A stretch of DNA of 64,000 nucleotides from contig JAQGDQ010000063.1 in the NCBI GenBank assembly GCA_030141605.1, forward strand, positions 496,001 through 560,000. Reading direction: 5' to 3'. Made by a program: the position numbers and the translations under genes. Shown here one piece after another: positions 1 to 39,302 of the stretch (positions within the stretch are counted from its first letter, which is position 1; each line of letters opens with the position of its first letter). The notes under the pieces were generated by a model. The model was not told the DNA's origin and did no database searches. It saw only the letters and a list, made by a program, of their open reading frames with translations. The stretch is from Tubiluchus corallicola. Its lineage: Eukaryota; Animalia; Priapulida.

Positions 1-2554
1 ATCCAGCTTGTTTAGCAAGCCTTTCAGTTTGGTGGTGCCAGACATTACTGCAAGCTAGTATGCAGGATCACTGCTATACACAAGAGTCCTTAAAAAATTC
101 TTTAATTCCATATTCTTATCCCACGTGGTCAAATTGTCTCCTGGCATCCTTTAAGACGTTTAGTATATGACAAACCTCCTAAAATCAGAATGATAGTTAA
201 ATTACAAATGTAAAATATAGAACTTCGTCAAGCAGCTCATGCTAATCAATCATACTTCTATTGAATGACTGAGCGCTATTTCTCCACAGCTTTGTTTTAT
301 AATGCCATAACTTACAACAGACAATTTACAATGTAACATACTATATTAAATAATGAACAAAAACAGCAACATACTCATATTAATAAATGACAAATGTTTT
401 GCATGGACTTTTAGCCATACTCAGTCCTCTTGGAACAATGCACTTTTATTAATATTGTGAAATGTTTCCAGTACATTTATTGGCCATAGTAAGCCAAACT
501 GACCTGCATGCTTTTACTAAAGGTGAGAGTGCTAATATGCACTGTCTATTCTTAACTTCATACAATGGTCAACAAAAACATGTTGTTTCTGTTTACATCG
601 CTATTATCTTTATTAACAATGCTAATGCCTTGAAGCAAAAAGCGACTTTAAACAAATTCTCGTTAACAAAAATCATGCCTCCGATAGAAAAAATGTGAGA
701 AACTAATAGCACCTATGTACATTCCAAGGACAAGCTTAATGGTTAGTTCATATAACTTAAATGTTTTATGAATTTTTTGCTCACAATTATAGATCATTTG
801 TTTACTAAATGATAAAAGTAACTATTTACTATAATTTTATTACTGTTGAGTACAACACAATTTGCATAAAATAAAGGTAGGCCTATAGTCCAGACCAAGT
901 TACACTAGGGGCTGTTTATTGTGCTCATGGTAAACCTAATAGGCTCAGCAATTTTGTTTGTTCTGCTTCAATAACGCGGTACTATGTGTAAAAGCTATCG
1001 CTGACCTGCACACTAATCACATATAGTTATGAACAAAATTAGTCTAGAGTCAGCAGTCACTGCACAATTGTGCACATTTCTTATTGCTTAATTTGTTTCC
1101 ACTTTCTTTGAAACCATCGATCTACAATTAGTGTTTTCTTCAGGCCGAAACTCGGCAACACAACTATTGAGCACTTTTGCAACAATGATGCTATCTGTAA
1201 ACTCGGATTGGTAGTAAACAGTGCTTAACTTTAAAGCCTTATGCTACCTAGTGGTAAGATATATAATTCTAAGCACTTGGCAGCTAAGACAATTATGCTT
1301 CTGAACAATTTTGTCTAGAGAATTCCTTTACATAATGTTAGTCAGGGCTAAAAAACATATTTTCAGTGGAAAAAATCTAGAATACATTAATTCAGGACTT
1401 CAAATTAGTTAAACAATATTTGTTGTTAAAGTGAAAAAATGCATTGTTAAAATGAAACACACACTATTAAGTGAAGAAGTGGTCAAAAATTCAGCACAAT
1501 TAATATTGATATTGCTAAGGAGGGAGTCGCTCAGCACTTACTTTACTTCTGTTTTGTTTAACTTTATTTGAACCATTTAATAAATTCAAAATTAATAAAT
1601 TTAAAATTTCTTTATTTAGGGGCCAAAATATTAAACACTCAATTTTTTCAAGTTGCACTTGTAGTTGTTGTTTCAAAATCTTGGCACTATGCCAATTTAG
1701 TGCAACCTGACATTAATTAAAGTTCTTCTGATAAAAAAGCTGTACAGACACAGGTCAGTATTTTCCCCAAAAAATCTAATACAGCATTAACATCACTACA
1801 CTGAAAAAATAACCTAGATTTATTTCCGGAAAAATGTAGATTTGCAGTTGAAGCCGTTTCCGTGAATTAATGCATTCACTGCTTTTATTTTCAACACTTA
1901 AGTTTGGGTTAATTGTAACGATAGTGTACGCGTGTGTAGTTGTTAAAATCTACATAAACAGCAAGTATGCTGTGAAAACGACTAAACAACTTGCCTGGTT
2001 TGAAACGAATGCAAAGATTAAAGGTATCGCAAAACTGAAAAGGCATATGTAAAACTAAATACAATACGGCAAGTATCAAAACATTTAGAGTACAAACAAG
2101 CAACCTACCTATATACGCTACAACGACATAAGATGCCGAAATTATCAATTAAAGAATTAAACACTAATAGCAGCAGATTTACGTGGTTTTGTTTACATCA
2201 ATGACCTATGGAAATACGCTCGACGAATGCCAAGAATAATATTAATATCTCTTGTAGTGTAACGTACAGTAGCTCACATGCTGGAATAGTTATAAATTAC
2301 ATGTGTTAATGATATTGACAAAATTAATTAAAAAACATTTTCACAAATTTCCAAATGGCGTTGTACATAGCCTAGATACTGCGAAGTTCCTGACGCTAAA
2401 TTAAGAACCCAATATTGAGTTTTTCCTCCAACGCTAAACATTTTTTCATGCATCTCTAAACAGAATACAACATTGCCTTTCGCATAAAATTCAAACATGA
2501 ATCAAACCAACCTCTAACTGTGAGATATTAATTAAATTCCAAGCGTTAAATTGA

Positions 2555-2645
2555 CCAGTTGGCGCCATGTTTGTGGCGAAAATTTTGACCATTTTCGATC
2601 ACGTGATCGAATGCGTAATCTCGCGTGAATTTGCGCCATCTTTTA
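2555..2645. promoter_or_regulatory. CpG-rich housekeeping-type promoter candidate
   Basis: 18-bp perfect palindrome TTCGATCACGTGATCGAA (2594-2611, E-box core), TCTCGCGTGA (2619-2628), two YY1-like CGCCATnTT (2563, 2634), and a - strand AAAC-ATG-GCG at 2568. Confidence 0.5.
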
Positions 2646-2859
2646 ACAGCGGACAGAATCTCTTCCTTCTCCTCCTTAATGATTAACACGTCCTTTCGAG
2701 GACGCCAAACCAATATTGAACGATATCGGTGTCAGATAATGCGATGATGTAAATAAATGCTAAAAACGCTAACACTAAAAATCTAAATGCACGTGTATAC
2801 ATTAATCCTAATAAAAAGTGCAAACCACTTTCAAGTTTCTTTTAAACACCAACGCATGA

Positions 2860-3275
2860 CACAAAGACCAATCCTATGAAACATTCCTTATTGATCAACA
2901 ATACGTAGACGATATGTATTGGATGGATTAATGTATCAAATTTTCAAACTAACACAATAAAAAGGGATTTTCCAAAAAAACTAGAGAAAAGAAATCTTCA
3001 ACTAAACCAGTCAAAAGCTGAAGAATATATTATTGCAAGAGATGGTAATCGGTCTTGGAAAAAGTGCAGATACATGGGCACTTTTTTAAACACCGAAGAT
3101 GACATTAAAGGCAGAAAGCAAAAAGCAATGCATGCTTTTCTTCAGCACAAGAATGTATTAACTAACAAGAAATTTTAATTCTTAACGTTATTTAATTCAA
3201 ATAAAAGTCTTAACATAAGACTTCGATTATTTAATGCTTACGTTACCAGCATATTTATGTACAACGGTGAAACTG
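2860..3275 (+). mobile_element. Degraded RTE-clade LINE reverse transcriptase fragment
   Basis: DQQYVDD motif, then KCRYMGTFLNTEDDIK.RKQKAMHAF; closely similar to 7424-7600. Confidence 0.75.
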
Positions 3276-6200
3276 CACAACTATTTGATTAAAAGGGTGG
3301 TCACTAAAAATATAATTGATTGCAACCTACATGATTTGGCGCATTTACATTATTACTTTTTATCACAGCTATAACATTAAATAGAACTCAGGACAACCAA
3401 TCATATATAATTATTCACTTTATCACATAGTTAATACAATAAGCACAGAGTACTAATGCTAGATATATGATGCGCAAATCAGCACATAACTATAAAAAAC
3501 TGTTGTAAGGAAAAAATAACCTAACGATCATATGACGTTTGCTTATAGGAATAGCAAGCGTAAAATGGTCACCTGTACAAAGGTGATGATGGAATCTATA
3601 ACTTTAGAATGAAGCCCGAATAAATAATTCAACATTTATCTAATCTATAATTGCAACCTGAACGACTCTAGGTAGATATGCAAAAGTTGTAGGAACCGGA
3701 ATAAACTAGTTTGCAATACGATAAATGAAAAGTCTAACAGCAGAGTTGAACACAATCACAGGAATCCGTGACACGGTTTTCACTGAATTTCAATCAAAAG
3801 CGTCACTTTTGAAACGACCATAATTAATTTTAACTAGTGGGGTATACCTAATCTCAGTTGTAACTTTAGTGTGATCTTGAGTTCAAGTCCCAGTGTAACT
3901 TCAAATTATAATTTTTTACATTTTCTAATTTTGTGCTGCTTCAAACCTCTTTTTGGATTTCAAAATACCCAGGAAGGTACTTTGAGCCTACAGTTGCTGA
4001 TAATTATGGCGGACAACTATAATTCACGCTATTATTGTGCAGTTATTATTGTTACCATAATTATTTTAGGTAATGACAGACTTGAATCAATTACGGGATT
4101 TATAGTGAACTGGACCGACTATATTTATAAGACGTGAACTACTGTGCATAGTTAATATTTATGAAATTCAATAGTCCTGCTTTCTGATTGGTTCAAATTA
4201 AAATACTATATTATACCTGTGTAAAAAAATCTACATAATTATAGATAATAAATGTCGCATTTTGAATACAAATTTTTAATAATTATCACCATTTTCCTAA
4301 CTCTCACAATATTTTTAAGATTGCTTCACTAAATTAAACTTATTATAACATTATGCAGCGAATAATTATGTGATACAATACATGATTCAGTTTGTAAAAC
4401 TAGCTAAATAATTCCACTTTGAGTATTATGTGTAGTTTTTAAAATAAACGAAGCAGAAGTTACCACAGGTTTAAGTTGACATTATTAAAATATGATAACA
4501 GTGTATGCAGTACATCAGAAAAAATTTAATAGCCACAAAAATTATCCACACCAAAATATGGCGTGAACTGGTGCAGCTTTTCAACTAGTAATATAACCCT
4601 ATTTGTAGTGGACATTTGAAATTCTTATTGATGTCATGGAAGAAAATTATTTTATATCCCGTTTTCAGATTCTTGCATATTAGATTAATAGCATATTAGT
4701 TGCGTAATTTTCAAGTCTGGATAGCTCCGGAGTTGCAGAATAGTAACTGAAGTGATATTGCATGTGTTTCTATACGGTTTCTTGTGTATGGTGATTCTAA
4801 ATTTCTGATACTTATATGACTCACGTTATACTTGCCTATCAAATTCAGCTTGCCAGTGTTGCCATCTGCCATTCTATTGACTATGTATTCCAGTCTATAA
4901 AATAATTCGTAAGTGAAAGTAATTCTATACAAAGTATCACAACAGCAACCTAGTATCATTAAGTCAATTCAACTTCATGCACTTGTCACACAACAAAAGG
5001 TTATGTTACACCAAGTAAAAATTACAACGATTAAGATCGTCAATAATTAAATTTATTATAAATTTAATAATTATTATCCACCCTAGGCTGTCGAATAAAA
5101 TAATGAAAGATAAGTTAAGATAAGACAAGTATAAGTCCACATTGACGTTAAATAAAGAAACATCAGCTGGCAAAATCTACTATCATACATAATATGTTCA
5201 CATAATGAAAATACCCAATACAAAGTGATAGATTAAAATAGTTATTAAAATAAATTATAAAATGTCATTCAAACTTGGATTTTCACATTTGCACAATGAA
5301 ATGAACAAAATGATAAGCTAATAGATGAGACTGATTTTGAACAATAAAGTTGCATTGACATCAAATACATATAGAAGGAATTCTCATGTTTTCTGAAGTT
5401 TTCTTCCCAACCGTACATCATCATGTTTTCCAAAATACACTCCAAAATATGGAGACCTCACGCTATCAATTTATCAATAAACTAAGCACACTGAAAATAC
5501 ACGACCATAGTACACTACACTACCGCTCAGTATTATTTTTCAAAGACATGCATAATGACAGCAAAAAGCGGTGACAACCATTGCTTACCAAATAGAACGC
5601 AAAACCTAATCAAAATAACAATAAATAACGTCATTTAGAGATAGAAAAGGAAAGATACACCAAAAAAGAAAATGATATAAATTGCTCATATTGCAAGAAT
5701 AGTGTTAATAACTCTGAAGTAGAAAATGAACTGCATAATTTTATTTGTCCACTATACATACACCTAAGACACAATTATGAAAAAAATTTATTACTCACGT
5801 TCCTAAAGAAAACAACAATTAGTTCCATCTTAAATTTTTTTCATATCAACCTGCTTTTTGACAGAAAAGACAGGTAATTATTAACTTATTTGGAGAATTC
5901 ATATCCATATGTTTTTTAAAGAGACAATAAATGATTGCCTCCAAATGATAATAAAAAACCATTATTGTAATAAGTGTTATTTACAGACTTTCAGACTTTC
6001 TCAAAAGTACTTCCTCATAATCTTAATTACTACTATAATACTATTATTTTTCTCATAAACTTACTTACGTACTATTTATATCGCTCTAGCTAACAGATTT
6101 TTGACTCAAACCACTGAGGTAACCATAATAGTTAGCCTAGTACTCATGGATAGTGTATTTATGTATTATCCATTATGTTTGCTTATTTAATTTTGTCAAT

Positions 6201-6769
6201 ACTCGGTATCCCTTTTGATGAACTACAGTAATTACGTATAGTGTGATTTGACAAACTCAGCCTGTATTTTTATTCCTTTTTATAACAGATTGAGACATAA
6301 ATCATGTGCAAAACGATTCTCTTTGTAAATAGCGATGACTTTAGTTACCAACATTTTTGATATGCCCTTAAATGTGTTACGTTCATTAGACATTTTTAAA
6401 AGTAATTGATATGCATTCCTTGATATTTGAACGAATTTCCGTTTTTACTCATACTGATACATATTTGAAAACAGTTAATAGTATCCGTGGAAATGTGTCA
6501 TGTTAGTAGATATTTTGGTTTTTATCTACTTTATATAATTTTATCTGCTTGCCACAGTACACTGTACTTGTAATGTTTCCGTGCAATAAATAAATTGAAT
6601 TGAATTGAAGATTACAAATCGCATTACAGTTACCTGGTGAGTGAGTTAATAATTTTTCTTGGACAGGCACAATTCTAAAATAAAAGAAATCTGCCTTCAG
6701 AGACGTGACGGGCGTATGATGATGATGATGATAATTTTTCTGAATTTTTCTGTGTAAGTTGAAACTGTA

Positions 6770-7216
6770 TTTCTGTATAACTCTGAGCTCTGGACATTAA
6801 AAGCAAATCATAAAGCTGAAATCGATGCGTTTCAAAGGCGAAATTACAGAAGCATTTTGGGTATTAGATGGCCAAAGAAAATTTCAAACAAAGATCTATA
6901 TGAAAAAATAAAAGAAGAACCTTGGACAAGAAAAATAAAAAAACGCCGTTTAAGATGGAATGGGCATATGCTTAGACTACCTGATGATATTCCAGTGAAG
7001 ATAGCTCTTCAACAAGCCATACAACCAGTTAAAAAACCTGCAGGAGGACAAATGTTAACATACTTAGATTTTGCACAGAAAGATTTAAACACTTCAGCAT
7101 TGCCGTTGATCCTTAGAAATAAATGCACGTGGGGCATTGCGGCAAACAGGGAGTCCTGGCATAGGGAGGTGAGCAGAATCTTGTCCCTGGACGTATGATT
7201 CATTGGCTGATGATGA
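6770..7216 (+). mobile_element. RTE-clade LINE 3' fragment (ORF2 C-terminus plus short tail)
   Basis: LYNSELWTLK...IDAFQRR...GIRWPKKISNKDLY...KRRLRWNGHMLRLP...W, typical RTE post-RT region. Confidence 0.8.
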
Positions 7217-8050
7217 ATAATTTTTCCATTTATTATTACAATTCTACTAAAGGATATTAAACTTACTGCAAAAGTTGGGAACACCTTAGGAAGAACTTTT
7301 AGCACGAATATTGGGGGTCCCCCAGGGGGACTGTCTTAGTCCAATACTTTTTACGTTGTACCTAGCAAATGCACTTAAGGTCCGAACTTCTCCAAATGAT
7401 GATCATGATTACGATACCACTTAGAAAAAGTACAAGTACATGGGCACTTTTCTGAGCACCGAAGATGATATTAAAAGCAGAAAGCAACAAGGAGTGCATG
7501 CTTTTCTTCAACACAAGAATGTATTAACTGCCAAGAAATTAAGTCTTAACGTAAGACTTCGATTACTTGCTTACTTTGCCAGCATATTTGTGTACAACAG
7601 CGAAACTTGGGGTTTGACGATTATTCAAGAAAAGCAGATTGACACATTTCATTGAAGTCTTCTTAGGAAAGTTTTAAAGATAAGATAGCCAGACATAATC
7701 AAAAATGAAGATTTATACACCTGAACAAAAGAAATTTATTGCCTATTGGAGTTCAAAAGTCAAGATCTGAAGATTACGATGGCTATGACATCTTCTAAGA
7801 TTACCAAATGAAGCACTAGTAAGAATTGCCTTAAAGGAAGCCTTAAAACCTTGCAAAAAAACCACCTGGCAAGTCTAAATCAACTTCGATAGCTAAGATA
7901 AATAAAGATGTTCAACAACTTCAACCAAATCTATCTTTAGGAGTAGAAGAACTTACGCTGTTAGCTGCAGATAGAATTGGGTGAAATACTCTGATACATT
8001 TTGATACCTCAGTGCCTACAATAGTGGAATGAGATTTTGAAGAAGAAGAA
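7217..8050 (+). mobile_element. Internally deleted RTE-clade LINE (RT piece, C-terminus, (GAA)n tail)
   Basis: G(V)PQGDCLSPILFTLYLA RT motif near 7315-7367, YNSETWGLT, LRWL*HLLRLP with stops and frameshifts; ends in gaagaagaagaa. Confidence 0.8.
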
Positions 8051-8061
8051 AAAAGTTATTG

Positions 8062-8740
8062 TGTAGGACACGGAGTACGCCACTAGCCGAAGTATGACAC
8101 TTCAGCTAAAGCACATTGTGGAAAAGCAGTGTCATACATGGACAGCCTATGTAGGGCACTGGCGATTTCTGTCGAGAATCGAGAATTCTGATATAATTAA
8201 ACATAAAACTAAATTTGTTTAGAAAAAAGTAACTTTATAATAATGATGGATAGTCCTTGACAATTAACAAAGGTATTTTTACAATGAAGCATCATTATTA
8301 TTAGCTCCATTAATATCATCATAACATTAAAGTAAGTAAGGCACATAGCTCGCTAGCCTGTTTACTTAGTAGAAAACAATTATTTATCCAAGAAATAGCG
8401 AAACTGATCACCTGTCTGTGAAGCGAGACAAAATAAAAAATGATATACCTTAAGCAAATGTTGGAATCGCCTAAAAAGCGGGCTTATTTCACTTCAAAAA
8501 GTTTAATATCGAAGCCAAATTTAATATTGGCCGTTCTACTAGCTCAGAATAAGATTCTTTTATCTGATCAGATATCTAATAAATTATTCAACGTGTACTG
8601 ATATTTTCAATTATTATTATTAAATAGACAAGGACAATGTACACTGCCAATATGGCTAACGACTCAATTCCTGACTTGTCTCTAGTGTCCTACTTGGACA
8701 GCCCATGTACTTTGGCTAGTGGCCTACTCCGCTCCCAACA
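8062..8740. mobile_element. Non-autonomous TIR element with TGT...ACA termini (Ginger-like), copy 1
   Basis: Imperfect TIRs tgtaggacacggagtacgccactagccgaagta / tactttggctagtggcctactccgctcccaaca; near-full-length second copy at 42148-43404. Superfamily inferred from termini only. Confidence 0.7.
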
Positions 8741-9844
8741 ATAGTTCATAAACCTAAAGAACTCATAATTTTTCGGTTACATTTATCACATTAAAACGGA
8801 AGTGATGCTGACAAGCCACTCGCAGTCTTTAGTTTTTTGCTGAGTTCTCGATCCTCTTCACCACCAGTGGCGAGTAAACAAACATCAGTAAAAAGTGTGT
8901 TTGGGAGATTAACAACACGATAAAGCTTGTTTTTCAGAATTACACCAAATGTCTTTTACGTCTTATGTGTTTACTTGTCTTGAGGACGGAGTTCTTTTGT
9001 TCTAGAATTCTGCCTGCCCATTGTCTACAATAGACGTAATGGGAACTATTTTTCATAAATCTGAATTTTGTCATATCATCACACTTTTCTCAGCTTAGAA
9101 CTACTGCTAGATACTTTCTAACTGCTTTTTTTATTTCTTTTTTTTATTGTGACTTCACAGTAAGTTTTGTGCTTTTTCATATCTGAATCATACATTCTTG
9201 CGGTCTCTCTAATTTCTGTCCCCCAACTTCTGGGAAAGCTTTTGTCACATACCCAGTAGCACCTTTTTAGCTTCTCTTTTATTCTCAGATATCATCACAC
9301 TTCAGTGCCACATTAATTTTTTATAATGTATTATTTACAAGTCTCAGTGACCACATTCCCCGGGTCATCGTTAGGCCCCACTAACTTCTAGACATTTTCT
9401 GTTTCATTATGCATCTTACGGCTTTTTTATCAACTTTCTGTTTCTTCATAGTTTGTTTCTGTCAATTTACCATATTGAAAATTAAACTAGGAGTCATTGT
9501 GTAATGCAATAATCACCTTATTCTTATAGCTCAGCTCTTGCATCACCCGTGCTACTCTAGTTTATAATTTAATATTTCTTACTTCTTTTCTTAGTGGACA
9601 TATCATAACTTCCTGTTTTGATTGATATAGTCACTGAAGTATTTATAATAGCTGACTCTTTTAATTGTTCCTTTTTTAATATACATGTTACATTTATCAA
9701 CGCTTTGAAATACCTTTATTGGTTTTGAAGTAATTACCATCTATATTGTGATTTCTTCCATTGTTCTGCATTTTTACCATATTCATTACCACGTTTTCAT
9801 CACCACCACCCAGAATATCATCCTGTTATATTTTACTACCATAT

Positions 9845-9960
9845 CAATGCAGACCCATGGTACAATTTATACACCAGTAACAAAGTAAGCCATTACTCTT
9901 TGTTGCAATGGTCAATTTACATTTTAGACAATTTTTATCATCATCCTGATCTATTTCCAG
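9845..9960 (-). pseudogene. Degenerate PHD-finger coding remnant, probably LINE ORF1
   Basis: - strand reads CLKCKLTIATKSNGLLCYWCIN then, with frameshifts, YHG.CID; embedded in about 1.3 kb of purine-rich decayed sequence (8900-10200). Confidence 0.45.
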
Positions 9961-11868
9961 TTTATTTTAGTTTTACCCCCTTTCTGAACAATTTTTTTCC
10001 TTTTCCATTTGTGCGGTTTGTTTATCATGTTTTTTATTTCTAACTGAAACTACTTACACTAGTATGTCTTCATTTTTTCAATGTTGGTGTGTTGTTCTCT
10101 ATCTACAATACTGTTTCTTACGTCAGTATTTTGCCTGTTTTCAACTTAGAAATATACCTCCACTATTCTTTCAACTCGAGTACTGTCAAAAATTATTTAA
10201 CTCTCTCACGTCTTTACATAGAACCCTATGATGCAGATGCCAGTAAAGATTGCTAAACTTAGTTATTGCCCTACTTACTTTACTGTTCTGTACCCCATTC
10301 TTCAATTCCTCCTATTCATTGATCCGAAAGTTAATCTTACTCATTCTGGCTTGCTAGCTTATGACATTCTTCCACCCCCAGGAGGCACCCTGGGGATCAC
10401 AGCAAACTTTGTTAGTACTTTTAGTTGAAAACACAATACAGAAAATATTTTACACTCTTACAATTTTAGTGGAGTATTCCTGCCATTGTGCAAAAAATTG
10501 CTAAAAGCAGGAATAAATGCGAGATAATATATTTTGTTTTCACTAGATAATCAACCACATGGAAATTAATGTTATTTGCCATAAATATCGATTGCTTTTT
10601 CGCTATAAAGAAAACTATTGTATCATTGCGGAGGTGGCAGAGAGGTCCGGGGTTCAAATCTGTGTCAGTCAAACCGTATTGCAGATGTTGTTGTTCAGCA
10701 ATCAACTAAGAAACGTAAAAATTAAAACATAAAATTAAAGTGAGAACTACCGAGAATTTTTTCTTGCATTCCTCATGCTGTTCATAACTACAGAACAGGT
10801 GTTTAAGTGGTAAATGCGCCTGTCCATCTACCGACGGAACCGATGAGGCCATTCCATGCTAGCCACGTACAGCTGCTATGCAGTGCTGATATGCAATGGT
10901 TTCTTAATGGTTTGAACCATCACAGTGTAGGGAGTCGAAAACAAATGGCATTTCACCCAAGTATCAGTATTTTATAAATTGTTGTCAGAGCATGAAAACA
11001 CGTCTATTTCAATTAGTGCAAAGCCCAAACTGTTTGCAGTGAGCCTGATCAAAATGAAGCAAAACCAATAGTTCATCTTGTTTTTGTAACAGTCAAAATA
11101 ATAACAGACATCTGGCCTTTACCAAGGATCTATTGTATTAAATGTTGGTTTTTGTGATCACTGTAAAAAAATTGTTTCATCAATAATAAAAATGGTTTAT
11201 TTTCTTTTTGACGTAAGTTAGCCCAAATAATAACAGACATCTGCAGTTTGCTGTGGACTTGTAGATGCATTTGTTGCTACTGTATTTTGGTTTTAGCTGC
11301 CATTATCAGAATTAGGTTATTTCATTATGAGTCACTGCAGGGCTGACTCATAATGAAGCAGTATTAATTTACAAGCTAGGGTGGGTAAGCACTGGTCACT
11401 TATGATATAAGCAGCTGTACATAAAACGGCTTTTTAGAGAACATGGTAAAATACTTAATAGGTTTCCTTCACCATATTTTAATGCAGATGCGCATTTGTT
11501 AAACTTAGTTACTGTTGTTACAAAAATATAATTTCTAAACATAAATGTATAATCTGAAATGAAACATTAAAGTTTTGAGGAGCAGCCATTGCTCTGCCAG
11601 GCAAAAATGGGGAGCAAAGCAATAATTTACGGAACTAATTGCAATGCATATCCAGATATTTTGAGCCCTGTAGGTAATCAATTAATTTACCACTTTTGCG
11701 TATTAATAGTTCTGCTGCAGCTCTGCCTACAGTGAGGCATACAAGGCAAGGCAGTATTCACTGCTATGGTACATGAAGGTGTCGACAAGTGCAAACCGCG
11801 CAATGCCCACATGTTTAGCAATTAAAAGAAAATGTCATGTTACTTGTGCAGGAGGTGATATTTGGTCA

Positions 11869-12160
11869 GTGCGTGTTAAATGTGCCTTCTCACTAATATA
11901 TTGATTACATGCATACAATCTGAGTTAAAGTATCTGTGCGTGTTAAATGTGCCTTCTCACTAACAGATTGATTACATGCATGCAGTCTGAATTATTGTAT
12001 CTGTGTGTGTTAAACGTGCCTTCTTACCAACAGATTGATTACATGCATGTAATCTGAGTTATAGTAGGTGTGTTTTGTTCTCATGAATAGCTCAGTAGTA
12101 CTTGTATGCAGTCTGAAACACAGTGCTCTTGGGTGTTAAGTATATCTTTTCATGAATAGA
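11869..12160. repeat. Minisatellite, about 67-bp unit, 3 good plus 1-2 decayed copies
   Basis: gtgcgtgttaaatgtgccttctcactaa...ttgattacatgcat...tctga.tta..gtatct at 11869, 11936 and 12003. Confidence 0.85.
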
Positions 12161-12520
12161 ATTTGAAGTTCTTTTTTTAATTATTAGGAAGTAAATTTTT
12201 CGTGAAATAACGAAGATGAATTAGTACTATTAAATAATATAAAGTTATAGTGCTTTCTTTTCCACGAGGTTAAGAATATATAATTGTTGTAAGACGCAAT
12301 CACTTTGTTGTGTAATCACCATGTGGACTGTGTAGTATAAACACTGTACGGTGCAACTATCGTGCAGTGCAACTCTATAGTGGAGCACATCAGTGCTTAA
12401 ACACCCCATGTAGTGTTTCGCCATTATTTAATTGGGCATGATTTTCACTTACACTATTTATTATAAGATTCTGTTGTTTTTGTCTTTTTTTCTTCAACAA
12501 TTTCAAATACTTTAGTTAAA

Positions 12521-38790
<26,270 letters not shown>

Positions 38791-39296
38791 GCGTAGAACA
38801 AAGCCGAGACGCCGATTCAAAACTGTTATGCACAAATTTATAATACAACGAAAAACAAACATTCCGATATTAATAAATTGTTGCAAATTACTTGTAGTGT
38901 TGAGCTAAGTTATGTATGATTGATGATAATATTTTAACAAAAAAATGATAGAGTATCCAGCGAATTGTCAGCATTACCAAGTATTTGAAATGCAAGAATT
39001 CAGCAAACTTTTGTAATTATGGTATCAAAATTCTAATTACAATAGTGATGTTTGGACTTGCTCACTTCCGAGTTAGTGTTTTTGCAATTTTGTTTTTAAG
39101 CAATTGTGTCAAGTAAATAGCCAATTTAATTTCATACAAGGCAAGAGTCGGTATAACCAAGTATCTACATGTACTCCATTACGCCTGTGTTAGTTGGTAG
39201 CATTGAAATGGTTTTGATAATTTGTGCAATATTGATTTCCTGTATTTATATGTAGCTAATTATTGCTTGCATGTGAATGTGCAAATGTCCATCATT

Positions 39297-39302
39297 AATA
39301 AA
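39297..39302 (+). promoter_or_regulatory. Candidate EXOC2 polyadenylation signal (another AATAAA at 38872-38877)
   Basis: AATAAA about 500 nt after the stop, followed by a T-rich stretch; motif only. Confidence 0.35.

Noticed and set aside
2686-2705. CGTCC-tttcga-GGACG hairpin resembling hammerhead stem II or a terminator
   Set aside because: No catalytic core; fits the 3'-terminal stem-loop of a - strand RTE fragment preceding a GA-rich tail
462-5574. Numerous 60-90 aa ORFs in the provided track (also throughout the introns)
   Set aside because: No recognisable domains, composition typical of AT-rich non-coding DNA, and many use non-ATG starts
5589-5802. Tiny - strand acceptor/donor pairs (17 nt at 5589-5605; 4 nt at 5799-5802) suggesting a microexon gene
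   Set aside because: No coherent frame, start or additional exons; such motifs arise by chance in AT-rich DNA
10630-10680. tRNA-like GGTTCAAATC B-box (similar motifs near 3880 and 28968)
   Set aside because: No cloverleaf or acceptor stem; at most decayed SINE heads, so no tRNA called
11869-12160. Regularly spaced repeat that could suggest a CRISPR array
   Set aside because: The whole 67-bp unit repeats with no unique spacers; eukaryotic context and no cas genes
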